Below, in pieces: positions 1 to 9,460 of a DNA stretch of 64,000 bases (position 1 is its first letter; every line of letters starts with the position of its first letter). The DNA is from Candidatus Poribacteria bacterium (GTDB lineage: Bacteria > Poribacteria > WGA-4E > PCPOR2b): contig OZ242326.1 in assembly GCA_965208325.1 (NCBI GenBank), positions 4,032,001-4,096,000 of the forward strand, in the 5' to 3' direction. Below the pieces are notes generated by a model. It saw nothing but the letters and a program-made list of their open reading frames with translations, had not been told where the DNA came from and searched no databases. Made by a program: the position numbers and the translations under genes.

Positions 1-189
1 GAGATGTTCGCGGCACGCCAAAACGACAGGGGCGCAGACACGATTCTTTGTGAAAACGCCCGCCGCAACCGCAGGTGCGTCGGCAGCAATTAAGGCAACA
101 TCTTTTTGGTTGTCCGGTTTCAGTCCGGCGTGTACACCCGATGCGCGAATTCCCGGCACCGCCGTGATTCCGCCTTCTATGTGTTTCAT
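1..189 (-). CDS. argJ: Ornithine acetyltransferase/N-acetylglutamate synthase ArgJ, 5' part (runs off the window)
   Basis: Manual translation from ATG at 189: MKHIEGGITAVPGIRASGVHAGLKPDNQKDVALIAADAPAVAAGVFTKNRVCAPVVLACREHL. Matches the ArgJ N-terminus (G-x-x-A-x-G-V-x-A-G-L-K...D...AGVFTxN). Confidence 0.9.
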   Translation of the reverse strand, partial: MKHIEGGITAVPGIRASGVHAGLKPDNQKDVALIAADAPAVAAGVFTKNRVCAPVVLACREHL

Positions 190-431
190 TAAGGCCCTCT
201 TCCGATAGGTGCTACGAACTATTGAAAACCCTTGCTCTTGAAGTTAATCCGCAAAATTATAACGAGTCGTGTGAGAATTGTCAATTGGATTTCCAGAGGG
301 ATAGTGACAATCGAAGGTTCAACGCATAGTGGCGGATTTGCGTCCCGTGCTGTGAGTTTTTTACGGCACAAGGAGCGTGCTTACTACTTTATGACTACGG
401 CACAGGGCGTGCGGATACTACTTTTTTTGGA

Positions 432-460
432 TTGCTTGGAGAACGCTTTGGTGATATAAT
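432..460 (+). promoter_or_regulatory. Sigma-70-type promoter for sppA
   Basis: TTGCTT-N17-TATAAT with an extended -10 TG (TGATATAAT). Confidence 0.6.
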
Positions 461-548
461 GCCACAAAAAACAGTGGCCAGACGCCGGGGTCGGTAAGAT
501 TTGGACGCAAACGACGTGTACATCGTCAATCATCAGGAAGAGCTGTAT

Positions 549-2915
549 TTGAATAAAACGAGAACTCTCATATATGCTTCACTGACGATATTTCTTCTCT
601 CTCAATTTGCCGTAGATGCCTCACCGAAAGTGAACACGCGCTTACCTTCTAGTTCTGTTGCTGTGAGCGACGATGCGCTGGCGTCGTTTTTTAATCCGGC
701 GGGTTTAGGAACGGGGCGTGGTTTTAACCTCTACTACCTGCGGGCTTATCAAAGTGATCCGGTCGGCGATGATGCCTTTTTTATTTCTACGTCGAGAGCG
801 GGTTTCGGAATGGAATTTGCCAACGCCGGGAATGACATAGATTTCAACCGGTATACGCTGTCGAGTGGAGGGCGCCTTAGCGGTTCCTTATATTGGGGAA
901 CTGGTTATAGCTGGGTGAATTCAGAGGATAAAGACTACGATAAGCTCTCGTCATGGTCTCTGGGATTGATGCTTCGCCGCCAATATCTTTCAGTTGGCGC
1001 CATTGGACGCGATCTCAACCGTCCCCGATTCCGAGGTCAAAAACTCGGTAGAATTTATGACTTCGGAATTGCGCTTCGTCCAAATACCTCACGAATTACG
1101 TTCTCTATTGATGCACGTAAAGTCGAGGACGTAAGCGGGCTTGATTTTAGTTGTGCGCTTGAGGTGAGGCCTATCAACGGGTTAACGTTGCGGGGCAACC
1201 TGAACGACGACAGCAGTTTCGATCTGCGTTTCGGGTTTAATATCGGGCACATGGGGTTGGGAACGTATAACCGTTTCGACGACGTTGGAAAACATCAAGA
1301 AGGGGTGGGGTATTTTCACTTCTCCCAAGCACTCCACTCAACGCGGTACACGCGGCGAAACGTCTTCCTTGACGTGCGTATGAGTCAAATCGAAAAAACG
1401 CTCAAGGCGGCGAAACGGGATTCCGAGGTTGCCGGGGCGTTAATCAGAGTCGGGGGCGGTGACTACGGGTTGGCACGACTACAAGAGATGCGGGATATAA
1501 TCTTAGATTTCCAGTCGGCGGGAAAGAAGGTAATCTGTTACATGATTAACGGTTCGACCGGAAATTACTTGCTGGCGTCGGTATCGGATAAAATTGTGCT
1601 TCACCCGTCGGGCGAGGTGCGTTTGATTGGGTTGCGATCCGAGGTTTCGTTCTACAAAGGCGTATTGGACAAACTTGGAGTTCGCGCGGATTTAGAACAC
1701 ATCGGCGAATTCAAATCGGCGTCCGATCTCTTCACGCGTACGGATATGTCAGAATCGCATCGCGAAATGCTAGAATCCATATTAGATGACCTATACGATC
1801 AGTTGACCCAATTAGTAGCGGAAGGGCGCAATTTTGCCCAAGAAGAGGTGAAGCAACTCATAGATAGAGGGCCGTTTACCGCGAAACAGGCGTTGGAAAA
1901 TGGACTTGTAGATGAGCTCGCCTACCGGGATGAGTTGAAGGATATTGCCAAAGCGTTGACAGGAAAGCGCCACCGCTTGGTGAAGGCAAAATCATATTTG
2001 AATACTGAAGAATACACTTACGAATGGGAATCGCCGCCGCCGAAGATTGCTATCGTCGAAGCAAAAGGAATGATGGTGACGGGCGAGAGTTTCACGGATC
2101 CAATCACTGGATCAAAGACCATGGGCGCTGCTACCATCGCCCGAGCTATCAAAGCTACGCGCAAAGATTCCTCAATCAAAGCGGTCGTGCTGCGCATTGA
2201 TAGCGGCGGCGGGTTGGTCATAGCCGCAGATAGAATATGGCGGGAGCTAATTCGCCTGAAATCCGTCAAGCCGTTGATTGTTTCAATGGGCGATGTTGCC
2301 GGATCAGGAGGGTACTATATCGCTGTTCCCGCTGACGTGATCGTTGCTGAACCGGGCACAATCACAGGATCAATCGGCGTAATCGGCGGGAAATACAGCC
2401 TCAAAGGGTTTTACAACAAGATTGGGCTTCATAAAGAGATAATCAAGCGTGGAAAACACGCCGACTTTTATACTGACAACAGCGATTATCCAGCCGAAGA
2501 ACGCATTATCGTGCAGCGTCAGATTCAAGAAATTTACGACGCGTTCGTAGAGAAAGTGGCGAACGCTCGTAATATGGCAAAAGAAGCGGTCGATAATTTG
2601 GGGCGGGGCCGCATCTGGACAGGCAGGCAAGCGAAAGAACATGGGCTTGTTGACGAGCTTGGCGGATTAGCGCACGCGCTCTCAATTGCGCGAAAGCATG
2701 CCGGACTAGCGCACAGAGAGGTTCAGCTCGTCCGATTGCCAAAACAGAGCCTGTGGTCGCAGTTTTATCACGCCTTTCATGCAGGTTATAGAACACTTCA
2801 ATTACGTGAGGCAGCCTCGCTGGACATGTTTTGGGAATTCTCTCCCGTTGTAGATCTCATCGCAAAGCATCGGACATTTTTGCTAATGCCGTACCAGATA
2901 ACCGCCAACGATTGA
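549..2915 (+). CDS. sppA: Signal peptide peptidase SppA (S49) with an N-terminal PorV/FadL-like beta-barrel region
   Basis: Two S49 halves (GEFKSA Lys; LRIDSGGG; SMGDVAGSGGYY Ser; TITGSIGV; GRIWTGRQA...GLVDELGG). Signal peptide followed by an 'ASFFNPAGL' motif and amphipathic beta strands. ORF opens at 501; TTG at 549 follows AGGAAG. Confidence 0.88.
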   Translation: MNKTRTLIYASLTIFLLSQFAVDASPKVNTRLPSSSVAVSDDALASFFNPAGLGTGRGFNLYYLRAYQSDPVGDDAFFISTSRAGFGMEFANAGNDIDFNRYTLSSGGRLSGSLYWGTGYSWVNSEDKDYDKLSSWSLGLMLRRQYLSVGAIGRDLNRPRFRGQKLGRIYDFGIALRPNTSRITFSIDARKVEDVSGLDFSCALEVRPINGLTLRGNLNDDSSFDLRFGFNIGHMGLGTYNRFDDVGKHQEGVGYFHFSQALHSTRYTRRNVFLDVRMSQIEKTLKAAKRDSEVAGALIRVGGGDYGLARLQEMRDIILDFQSAGKKVICYMINGSTGNYLLASVSDKIVLHPSGEVRLIGLRSEVSFYKGVLDKLGVRADLEHIGEFKSASDLFTRTDMSESHREMLESILDDLYDQLTQLVAEGRNFAQEEVKQLIDRGPFTAKQALENGLVDELAYRDELKDIAKALTGKRHRLVKAKSYLNTEEYTYEWESPPPKIAIVEAKGMMVTGESFTDPITGSKTMGAATIARAIKATRKDSSIKAVVLRIDSGGGLVIAADRIWRELIRLKSVKPLIVSMGDVAGSGGYYIAVPADVIVAEPGTITGSIGVIGGKYSLKGFYNKIGLHKEIIKRGKHADFYTDNSDYPAEERIIVQRQIQEIYDAFVEKVANARNMAKEAVDNLGRGRIWTGRQAKEHGLVDELGGLAHALSIARKHAGLAHREVQLVRLPKQSLWSQFYHAFHAGYRTLQLREAASLDMFWEFSPVVDLIAKHRTFLLMPYQITAND

Positions 2916-3069
2916 ATACAGGGTAAGATTAATCGGACGGATAGTGTGTACGATAATTTTTGACGACTATCGCCTAACATTGCCATCACGCTCCTTATTG
3001 GGACGCTTAATCTATTCGTGCAGTTAATCGTATTCACCTACGAGAGCGGAATGTAAGCAGGAGATTACG

Positions 3070-3747
3070 ATGCGTTTCCGCGGCAAACAGCAGAAGCATA
3101 CAAGCCACTCCACGGCGGATTCCTATACGCACTTGCGTGAAGAGATGGTGCGCGCACAGATTGAAAGGCGTGGAATTAGAAACAACAATGTTCTGGAAGC
3201 GATGAGGAAAGTACCGCGGCATCTGTTCCTGAAGCGCGAATCTATCGACAGCGCTTACGAAGATCATGCGTTGTCAATTGACTGCGGACAGACAATGTCT
3301 CAGCCGTACATTGTTGCGCTCATGACCGACCAGCTCGGACTAGATCCGGAATCAAAGGTGCTTGAAATCGGTACCGGCTGTGGTTATCAGACCGCGGTTT
3401 TAGCGGAGATTATTGATGAGGTATATACTGTTGAGATAATCCCTGAGTTGGCGGAGGCTGCGTGGAAGCGGCTAACGAAACTTGGCTATCAAAATATTCA
3501 CAAGAAAATCGGTAACGGATATTTCGGTTGGGAAGAGCATGCGCCTTTTGACCGGATAATCATTACCGCTGCTCCAAAAAAAGTGCCGGACAACCTCGTC
3601 GAACAGTTAACGGCGGGCGGGCGGATGGTGGTTCCCGTCGGCGACTTCAATCAAGATTTGGTAATTGTTAGCAAAACAGTTCACGGATTTGAGCGTAAAA
3701 AGATTAGCGACGTTCGGTTTGTTCCCATGACCTGCCCACCGGAATAG
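3070..3747 (+). CDS. pcm: Protein-L-isoaspartate O-methyltransferase
   Basis: VPRHLF, GQTMSQPYIVALM, VLEIGTGCGYQTAVLA, APFDRIIITAA and VRFVPM motifs. Confidence 0.95.
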   Translation: MRFRGKQQKHTSHSTADSYTHLREEMVRAQIERRGIRNNNVLEAMRKVPRHLFLKRESIDSAYEDHALSIDCGQTMSQPYIVALMTDQLGLDPESKVLEIGTGCGYQTAVLAEIIDEVYTVEIIPELAEAAWKRLTKLGYQNIHKKIGNGYFGWEEHAPFDRIIITAAPKKVPDNLVEQLTAGGRMVVPVGDFNQDLVIVSKTVHGFERKKISDVRFVPMTCPPE

Positions 3748-3790
3748 CTATCTAGGGCGCAATCAGACTTGCCTGCGAAGACAGGATGAC

Positions 3791-4351
3791 ATGCTACAAT
3801 CTCTCCTACAAGAACTTCTCAAATTTCTTTCGACATCTGCGGGACACTGGACGCTGCTTGGCGTGGGTTCTTTTATTGCTTTCGCAACGCTCTACCATAA
3901 GAAGCGGCAGATTGAAGATTTCACGGTCAAAGTGATTGAAGATGATTCTTGGTTCATCAACCGCGACGATAACCATAGACTCGCGATTGTTGTCTCCCTT
4001 CATCTGATTAACAAATCCGGGGCTCCCGTCCATGTGTGGAAATGCAAGTTGAGCGGCTATACGCCCAGAGACAACCCGCCGCGGTTCGTACTGAATGGCT
4101 ATGACAGAACAATCGAACTCGAACACCCTAAGTACGACCATTTTTTCGCCGGACAAGAATACGTCGTCAACCCGTACAGCGAGCAGCGGATGTGGGCGTA
4201 TTATGAGTCGCGGGCAGTGACGTTAAGCAATTTACTGCGTGCTCCGATTGTCATCAAGGACGCGAATCGTAAACGAAAATCGGTGCCGGTTAAGATTCCC
4301 CGAAACGCACAACAGATTGAACTTTATAACGAGGCATCGAGGCGGTGGTGA
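3791..4351 (+). CDS. Hypothetical protein with one N-terminal TM helix
   Basis: 186-aa ORF after AGGA RBS, 43 nt downstream of pcm. Hydrophobic segment at residues ~20-35, then a beta-rich domain. Confidence 0.7.
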   Translation: MLQSLLQELLKFLSTSAGHWTLLGVGSFIAFATLYHKKRQIEDFTVKVIEDDSWFINRDDNHRLAIVVSLHLINKSGAPVHVWKCKLSGYTPRDNPPRFVLNGYDRTIELEHPKYDHFFAGQEYVVNPYSEQRMWAYYESRAVTLSNLLRAPIVIKDANRKRKSVPVKIPRNAQQIELYNEASRRW

Positions 4352-4447
4352 TAGGGGAGAATTATGATGCGCCAGTATTGATTGGTTCTAATATTTCTTC
4401 TTTGGCGAGATTTACAAGGTGGGCGAATTGTCCAACCGTCAACCGAA

Positions 4448-4722
4448 TGTCACAAAACCTCACACCATGTCACAATTTGTGAGGCAGGTTGTGACATTTT
4501 TCTTTCTCGGTTAGAGATCTACGTGAACGCGCTTGTGGTACGGGTTTAAAGGAAATTGAACGAGTTAAGCCCTCTGTGCGGAATGTCACATTATATCACA
4601 ATCTGTGATGCAGGTTGTGATACGACAATTGGTCCGGCGGGATCGTCTTAAACCCGCTTGTGGTAAGGGTTTATATGATATTTTGATTTTTGAAAAATAA
4701 TCGGATGTCACAAAATGTCACA
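4448..4722. repeat. ~125-bp-period element of phased TCACA/TGTGA boxes alternating with a GCTTGTGGTA(C/A)GGGTTTA motif
   Basis: TGTCACA-like boxes at 4448, 4458, 4468, 4584, 4594, 4706, 4716 (10-bp phasing) and inverted boxes at 4478, 4490, 4604, 4616. The 18-mer occurs at 4531 and 4656. Confidence 0.7.
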
Positions 4723-4927
4723 CATTTTGTCTGAATCTGGATTTACAGGACTGAATTAATTTGTTTCAGTTTTTTATCCGGATATTCCTTCTAACCTGAG
4801 CGTTTTGATTCGGAATCTCCACGCCAAAGGTGTATGTCCCCATCCACTAGAAAATAGCACGCCTTAGTGTCTATAATTATATGCACCCTTGTTTACGTTG
4901 TCAAGGTGTTTTTAACTGATAGTTTCT

Positions 4928-5271
4928 GTAGGTTGGGTAGAGCGGATAATTCCAAAACGGTTCCGGTCGCAATTAACCGTTCCGAATTTCTAATGATGCT
5001 GCAATCAATACACGCAGAGCGAAACCCAACGCTTTTATAACCTCGCGCAAACCTGGCAAATTCCGAATACAATACACCGCTCGGAATTCCAAATACTCTC
5101 ATTGTTTTTCCTTGTTCCAATCGTTCTGGTGTTGGCGTCTGCCGGTCGGCTATCCGAACGTTTCAAAACGTTGGGTTTCGCTCCACCATTCCAATTACCA
5201 AAAAATCTCAACGTATGTACTTCTTACGAGATATTACGCATGTATCACCATATCCGCTTAACCCAACCTAC
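4928..5271. repeat. Inverted pair of extended-loop GTAG-type REP elements (REPIN-like)
   Basis: 4928-5031 is GTAGGTTGGGTAGAGCG-N74-GCGAAACCCAACG. 5169-5271 is CGTTGGGTTTCGC-N73-CGCTTAACCCAACCTAC, in the opposite orientation. Lies between convergent genes. Confidence 0.75.
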
Positions 5272-5313
5272 AAAATCTTAAAAGTGGCAGACAACGTGAA
5301 CACTTAGCGTAGT

Positions 5314-7146
5314 TCAAATCCGAAGATGCCTATTAAACCAATCGAGCGTCCGTGACCATCGATCTCGAATATGCTCCTTTTTGCGGAGACAATGCTCTTC
5401 CCCTTTGTAAACGATGTACTCAACTTTCTTACCCGCACTTCTAAGATAGGTGGCATAAAGTTCTGCGTCTACTTGGTGGTCTAATTCCTCATTTAGAAGC
5501 AATACAGGTGCGCTCACATTTTGAGCATAAGTTATCGGGGAAAGCTGTTTATATACGTCAGGCACTTCCCACGGCATCCCGTTTAATTCTTCAACGCAGA
5601 CGGAAAGAGCCATCGTCTGGATTCCTATCCACAGCCGATAGTCGTAAGTCCCTCCAATCAACGCTGCGGCGCGGAAGCACTTGCTATTGCCAACGGCGTA
5701 TGCGCCAAGCGAGGCTCCGTTACTAAAGCCATGAACACCAATTTTTTCAGGGTCGCAAAGATGATTTTGAATTAACCACTCAACGCCAGACATAGAATCT
5801 TTATAATCGAGCTCGTCGGTCGGAGGCTGACACCAGGTGTATTGCTGGCTGCCACGCATAACCGGAGCGAAAACCTGGTATCCTTGAGCGGATAACCAGT
5901 GCCATGCCGGCTCAAAAACATATTCTCCGCCAAGGGTTGGGCCGCTGTGCAAATCGACAATTGTAGGATGGTTTTTTTCAATGGATTGTCCCTTTGGAGC
6001 CAACAGCAAGCCCTCTAAGGTTAAGCCATCAAAAGACTTCCAGGAGACAACCTCAATGTTCGACAATTCATATTGAGCAATCATATCACTGAATTGTGTG
6101 AGTTTCTTTCGCTGGTTGTCATTTCTGGAAACCAGAAACAACTCAGCCAGCGTTTGAGGGCTTTCATGACTGTACAGCAGCACATTTCCGTCCTTGCTGA
6201 CGCCGTGGATTTTGTGTGTGCCGAGTCGGCCTGTGATTTGTTCAGTTTTTCCTGTAATTATGTCAATGCTGAAAATACTTCTTGTCATACCATTTATACC
6301 GCTACAGTTCAGCGTTTGGCTATTAGGTAACCAACGAATATCCGTCACATAGAATTCATCGCCCAACATGCGAATCTCTTTTTTGTCTTTATCCATGAGA
6401 CCGCACAGATGGCGGACTGCACTACCATAAGGATAGGGGCAATAGGAAAAAGCCAGTGTTCTCCCATCAGGAGCCCATGCGGGATCTGAAATTTCCCGTT
6501 TGCTCGGTTCAATTCGGGTCTGTTGTTCGTTAGTTTGAATGTCAATGTCAAACAAGCGATAGAAATAGTCGTAGATTCCCTCTTTTTCAAACCAACTTGC
6601 GACGGTAATTAGCCTTCCATCCGGGTGCCACCCAACAGAATCGAACCGTTCGCCAGCTTTTGATTCTGTTGAAAATATGACATTGCCCGTTACATAATCT
6701 ATTATGTTCAACACGCTCCCGTGCAATGGCGGTTCAGGGCGAACGTTGATGATTGTATCAAAGTCGGGTTTTTCTATAGTATCAGGTCTCGGAAACTGTT
6801 TTGAACTAACAGTAGCAAGATATTGACCATCGTGCGACCATTCAATCAAGTTAACATGTCCAATCTGAGGACTAACTTGACGGTCTGATCGGTCTGCGGT
6901 GTAAATCCAGATGCCGTCCGTCTCCGGTTTTCGGAAGGCAAACGTCCGTGGATTGACCGGTGACCATTTTGGCAAAGTCCCATCAAAAAGCTCTATATCG
7001 CTGCCCATGGCAACTTCAATGAGGTGAATCCGGCCTTCAAAGACGTACGCAACACGATTGCCGTCGCATGACAAATCGCTTGGCCCAACCCTTGAATATG
7101 GGGACGACACTACATCATCAAGAGAGACTGGTCTATGCTTCTTCAT
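5314..7146 (-). CDS. S9 family (prolyl oligopeptidase/acylaminoacyl peptidase-like) serine peptidase
   Basis: N-terminal propeller repeats (WSP, WSHDG, WHPDG, WAPDG), DLHSGP, nucleophile GFSNG, ELDHQV Asp and YKGEEH His. ATG at 7146 after AAAGGA is preferred over 7260. Confidence 0.88.
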   Translation of the reverse strand: MKKHRPVSLDDVVSSPYSRVGPSDLSCDGNRVAYVFEGRIHLIEVAMGSDIELFDGTLPKWSPVNPRTFAFRKPETDGIWIYTADRSDRQVSPQIGHVNLIEWSHDGQYLATVSSKQFPRPDTIEKPDFDTIINVRPEPPLHGSVLNIIDYVTGNVIFSTESKAGERFDSVGWHPDGRLITVASWFEKEGIYDYFYRLFDIDIQTNEQQTRIEPSKREISDPAWAPDGRTLAFSYCPYPYGSAVRHLCGLMDKDKKEIRMLGDEFYVTDIRWLPNSQTLNCSGINGMTRSIFSIDIITGKTEQITGRLGTHKIHGVSKDGNVLLYSHESPQTLAELFLVSRNDNQRKKLTQFSDMIAQYELSNIEVVSWKSFDGLTLEGLLLAPKGQSIEKNHPTIVDLHSGPTLGGEYVFEPAWHWLSAQGYQVFAPVMRGSQQYTWCQPPTDELDYKDSMSGVEWLIQNHLCDPEKIGVHGFSNGASLGAYAVGNSKCFRAAALIGGTYDYRLWIGIQTMALSVCVEELNGMPWEVPDVYKQLSPITYAQNVSAPVLLLNEELDHQVDAELYATYLRSAGKKVEYIVYKGEEHCLRKKEHIRDRWSRTLDWFNRHLRI

Positions 7147-7322
7147 ATCAGTCCTTTGCCGCTTGTTATATAAAGCCCTGGATTTCGTGGGCTGAAGTGA
7201 GCTGTTCATTCGGGTTAAAAAGCGTCCATTACGAATAGTGGTGTGCCATTTTAACTTCAAATACGTTGGTGAGGGTAGGAGTAAGAAGTTTGCTGTCCGT
7301 TGGAAGTTATGTTAAATTAAAC

Positions 7323-8213
7323 CTACTTTCGGCGCGAGAGATATGATGACAGGGCGTAGTCGAATGGCGTTGATGTGTCGAGCTGTACGTAGTCAATTAG
7401 GCTGGAACCGCATCCCCGCCGGTAATCTTGAATGAATGAATTGAGTTGGTCGAGATAACCGGCTTTAAGCGCCTCCGACTGCGTTTGCAGTGTTTTGCCA
7501 GTCTCCATATCTTGGAAGACAACGGGCCCTTCGAACGGAAATGTCATCTCTGCGCTATCGAGCAGATGAAAAGCGATGACCTCGTGCTTGCGATGGCGGA
7601 AATGCTTGAGTGCGGAAAGCACCTCTGACGGTTGGTCAAGGAAGTCGGAGATGACAATCACTAACCCGCGGCGAACAATTCGCTTGGCGAGTTCGTGAAG
7701 GATAGCGCTGATATTCGTCTCATTTCCCGGTTGAGCTTTTTCGAGGACAGACATGATAGCGTGCAAATGGGGCGCAGTACCTCGAGGCGGAATGTAGTTT
7801 CGGATATTTGTGTCGAAAACCGCCAACCCGACTGAATCCCGTTGCTTTAGCATTAAGTAGGAAAGCGATGCAGCGAGGTAGCAACCGTACTCAAACTTGG
7901 TTAGCGTTTTCTCATCGTATTTATAGTTCATAGAGCCGCTCGCATCGAGCAAGATATAGGTACGGAGATTTGTCTCTTCTTCAAACTTTTTGACATAGTA
8001 GCGATCCGATTTTCCGTACACTTTCCAATCGATATAACGGATTTCGTCGCCGGGCATGTATTGGCGATGTTCGGCAAATTCAACGCTGAAGCCTTGATAA
8101 GGGCTCTTGTGCAGACCCGTGATGAAACCCTCCACGACGAGACGAGCGACTAACTCCATGTCGCCCAATCGAGACAGCGCGACCGGATCTAGAAATTTAT
8201 GAAATGTTCTCAT
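7323..8213 (-). CDS. DUF58 / VWA-like protein (normally MoxR-associated)
   Basis: GLHKSPYQGFSVEFAEHRQYMPGDEIRYIDWKVYGK, LLDASGSM and VVISDF motifs. Confidence 0.9.
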   Translation of the reverse strand: MRTFHKFLDPVALSRLGDMELVARLVVEGFITGLHKSPYQGFSVEFAEHRQYMPGDEIRYIDWKVYGKSDRYYVKKFEEETNLRTYILLDASGSMNYKYDEKTLTKFEYGCYLAASLSYLMLKQRDSVGLAVFDTNIRNYIPPRGTAPHLHAIMSVLEKAQPGNETNISAILHELAKRIVRRGLVIVISDFLDQPSEVLSALKHFRHRKHEVIAFHLLDSAEMTFPFEGPVVFQDMETGKTLQTQSEALKAGYLDQLNSFIQDYRRGCGSSLIDYVQLDTSTPFDYALSSYLSRRK

Positions 8214-8251
8214 TGTGACTCCAAAATTGTTGGCAATTGAAAAAATGCGGC

Positions 8252-9106
8252 CTACGGCGCTGTCGATTGATTATTGGCGGTTTCTTCAAGCTGATGATTT
8301 AACCTTTCTATGTAACGCCTCGCCGTTGAAAAGACCATGTCCAACGTTGCGATATCGCGTGCTTCGAGGCGGGTGCGTGAAAATACACGCCTCAACGAGC
8401 GCAGGTACGTCTCCCAATCATGATTGTACGGCGAAACGCCAATGAGATTGAGTAGTTCAATTACACGATTGTAAAACGCTTCAACTTCACCTATCTCAGC
8501 ATAATTCAGTTCGGCGGGTAGAATGTCGCCTGCACTAGCGATGAAGATTTCGTAGGCGAAGATTTGTACAGCTTGCGCTAGGTTCAAAGAAGGGTTTTTG
8601 GTCGCCATCGGTATGCTCGCCGTCAACTGGCAACGGCTAATGTGATGGGTGGATAAGCCAAAATCCTCACGGCCGAAAAGCAGCGCAACCGACTGGTTTT
8701 GAGAAATTGCGGCAATCTTGAGTGCTGCTTCTCTTGCGGGTGCGGCGGGTGGCAACTTGGGGTCGCGGAGCCGATGGGTAGTGCCTACTACAAAGTGAAT
8801 TCCGCTGAACGCCTCCTCCAGCGTATCCACGACGCAGCAGTTTTCGACAATGTCGGCGGCGCCGTGTGCCATGTACCATGTTGCGTCAACATCCAAAAAT
8901 GGTACAGGGTTTACCAGATAGAACTGCGACATCCCCATGCCTTTTATCACGCGGGCGACGGATCCAATATTGCCCGGCTCTCTCGGCTCAAGCAGGATGA
9001 TTCTGATGTTTTCCAGATTGCTCGGAACGTTTACATCTATGGCACGGTAACGAGCGGTAGATTCGGTTGGCTGCGGTTCATCGGTAAAATTGGGGTTTGT
9101 TGTCAT
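8252..9106 (-). CDS. trmJ: TrmJ/LasT family SPOUT tRNA/rRNA 2'-O-methyltransferase
   Basis: IILLEPREPGNIGSVAR, ALLFGREDFGLS and PSLNLAQAV motifs. Confidence 0.85.
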   Translation of the reverse strand: MTTNPNFTDEPQPTESTARYRAIDVNVPSNLENIRIILLEPREPGNIGSVARVIKGMGMSQFYLVNPVPFLDVDATWYMAHGAADIVENCCVVDTLEEAFSGIHFVVGTTHRLRDPKLPPAAPAREAALKIAAISQNQSVALLFGREDFGLSTHHISRCQLTASIPMATKNPSLNLAQAVQIFAYEIFIASAGDILPAELNYAEIGEVEAFYNRVIELLNLIGVSPYNHDWETYLRSLRRVFSRTRLEARDIATLDMVFSTARRYIERLNHQLEETANNQSTAP

Positions 9107-9167
9107 CGGGAGATTTTTGCGTTAATTTACATTAGCCGCGTTGATGGTTTACACATTCGCTATTCGC

Positions 9168-9262
9168 TCGCTTGATTCCCGCCTACAGGGCGTGTTGGTA
9201 CACGCGGGGCAAGATGCCCCGCCTACAGGGGGTGTTGGCACATGCGGGGCAAGATGCCCCGC
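9168..9262. repeat. REP cluster (GTAGGCGGGGCATCTTGCCCCGC family), 40-bp period
   Basis: GCGGGGCAAGATGCCCCGC(CTAC) at 9204 and 9244, with a partial copy ending at 9186. The same sequence occurs at 16700 and 54032. Confidence 0.8.
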
Positions 9263-9340
9263 ATGCGGAAGGTAGGGGGATACTATACGCCTGCCGCCGC
9301 TCTGGAGCTGTATAAAATGAATTTCCAAACAGGTTCTAAA

Positions 9341-9373
9341 GAAACCGAGTTTTAAAGAAAAAAACTCGGTTTC
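9341..9373. terminator. 13-bp perfect hairpin downstream of the M14 peptidase gene (terminator or REP-like)
   Basis: GAAACCGAGTTTT-AAAGAAA-AAAACTCGGTTTC. Confidence 0.5.
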
Positions 9374-9460
9374 AAAATACATTTTTTGTGATAAATGAAC
9401 TGTGGAGTGATTGGGGCGCCGGGGTTCACTATTGGTTGAGGCGAACCTGCTTTTTTGTTT

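Noticed and set aside
7323..8213. DUF58 gene as part of a MoxR/VWA operon
   Set aside because: No MoxR ATPase or BatA-like gene is adjacent; partners are probably elsewhere.
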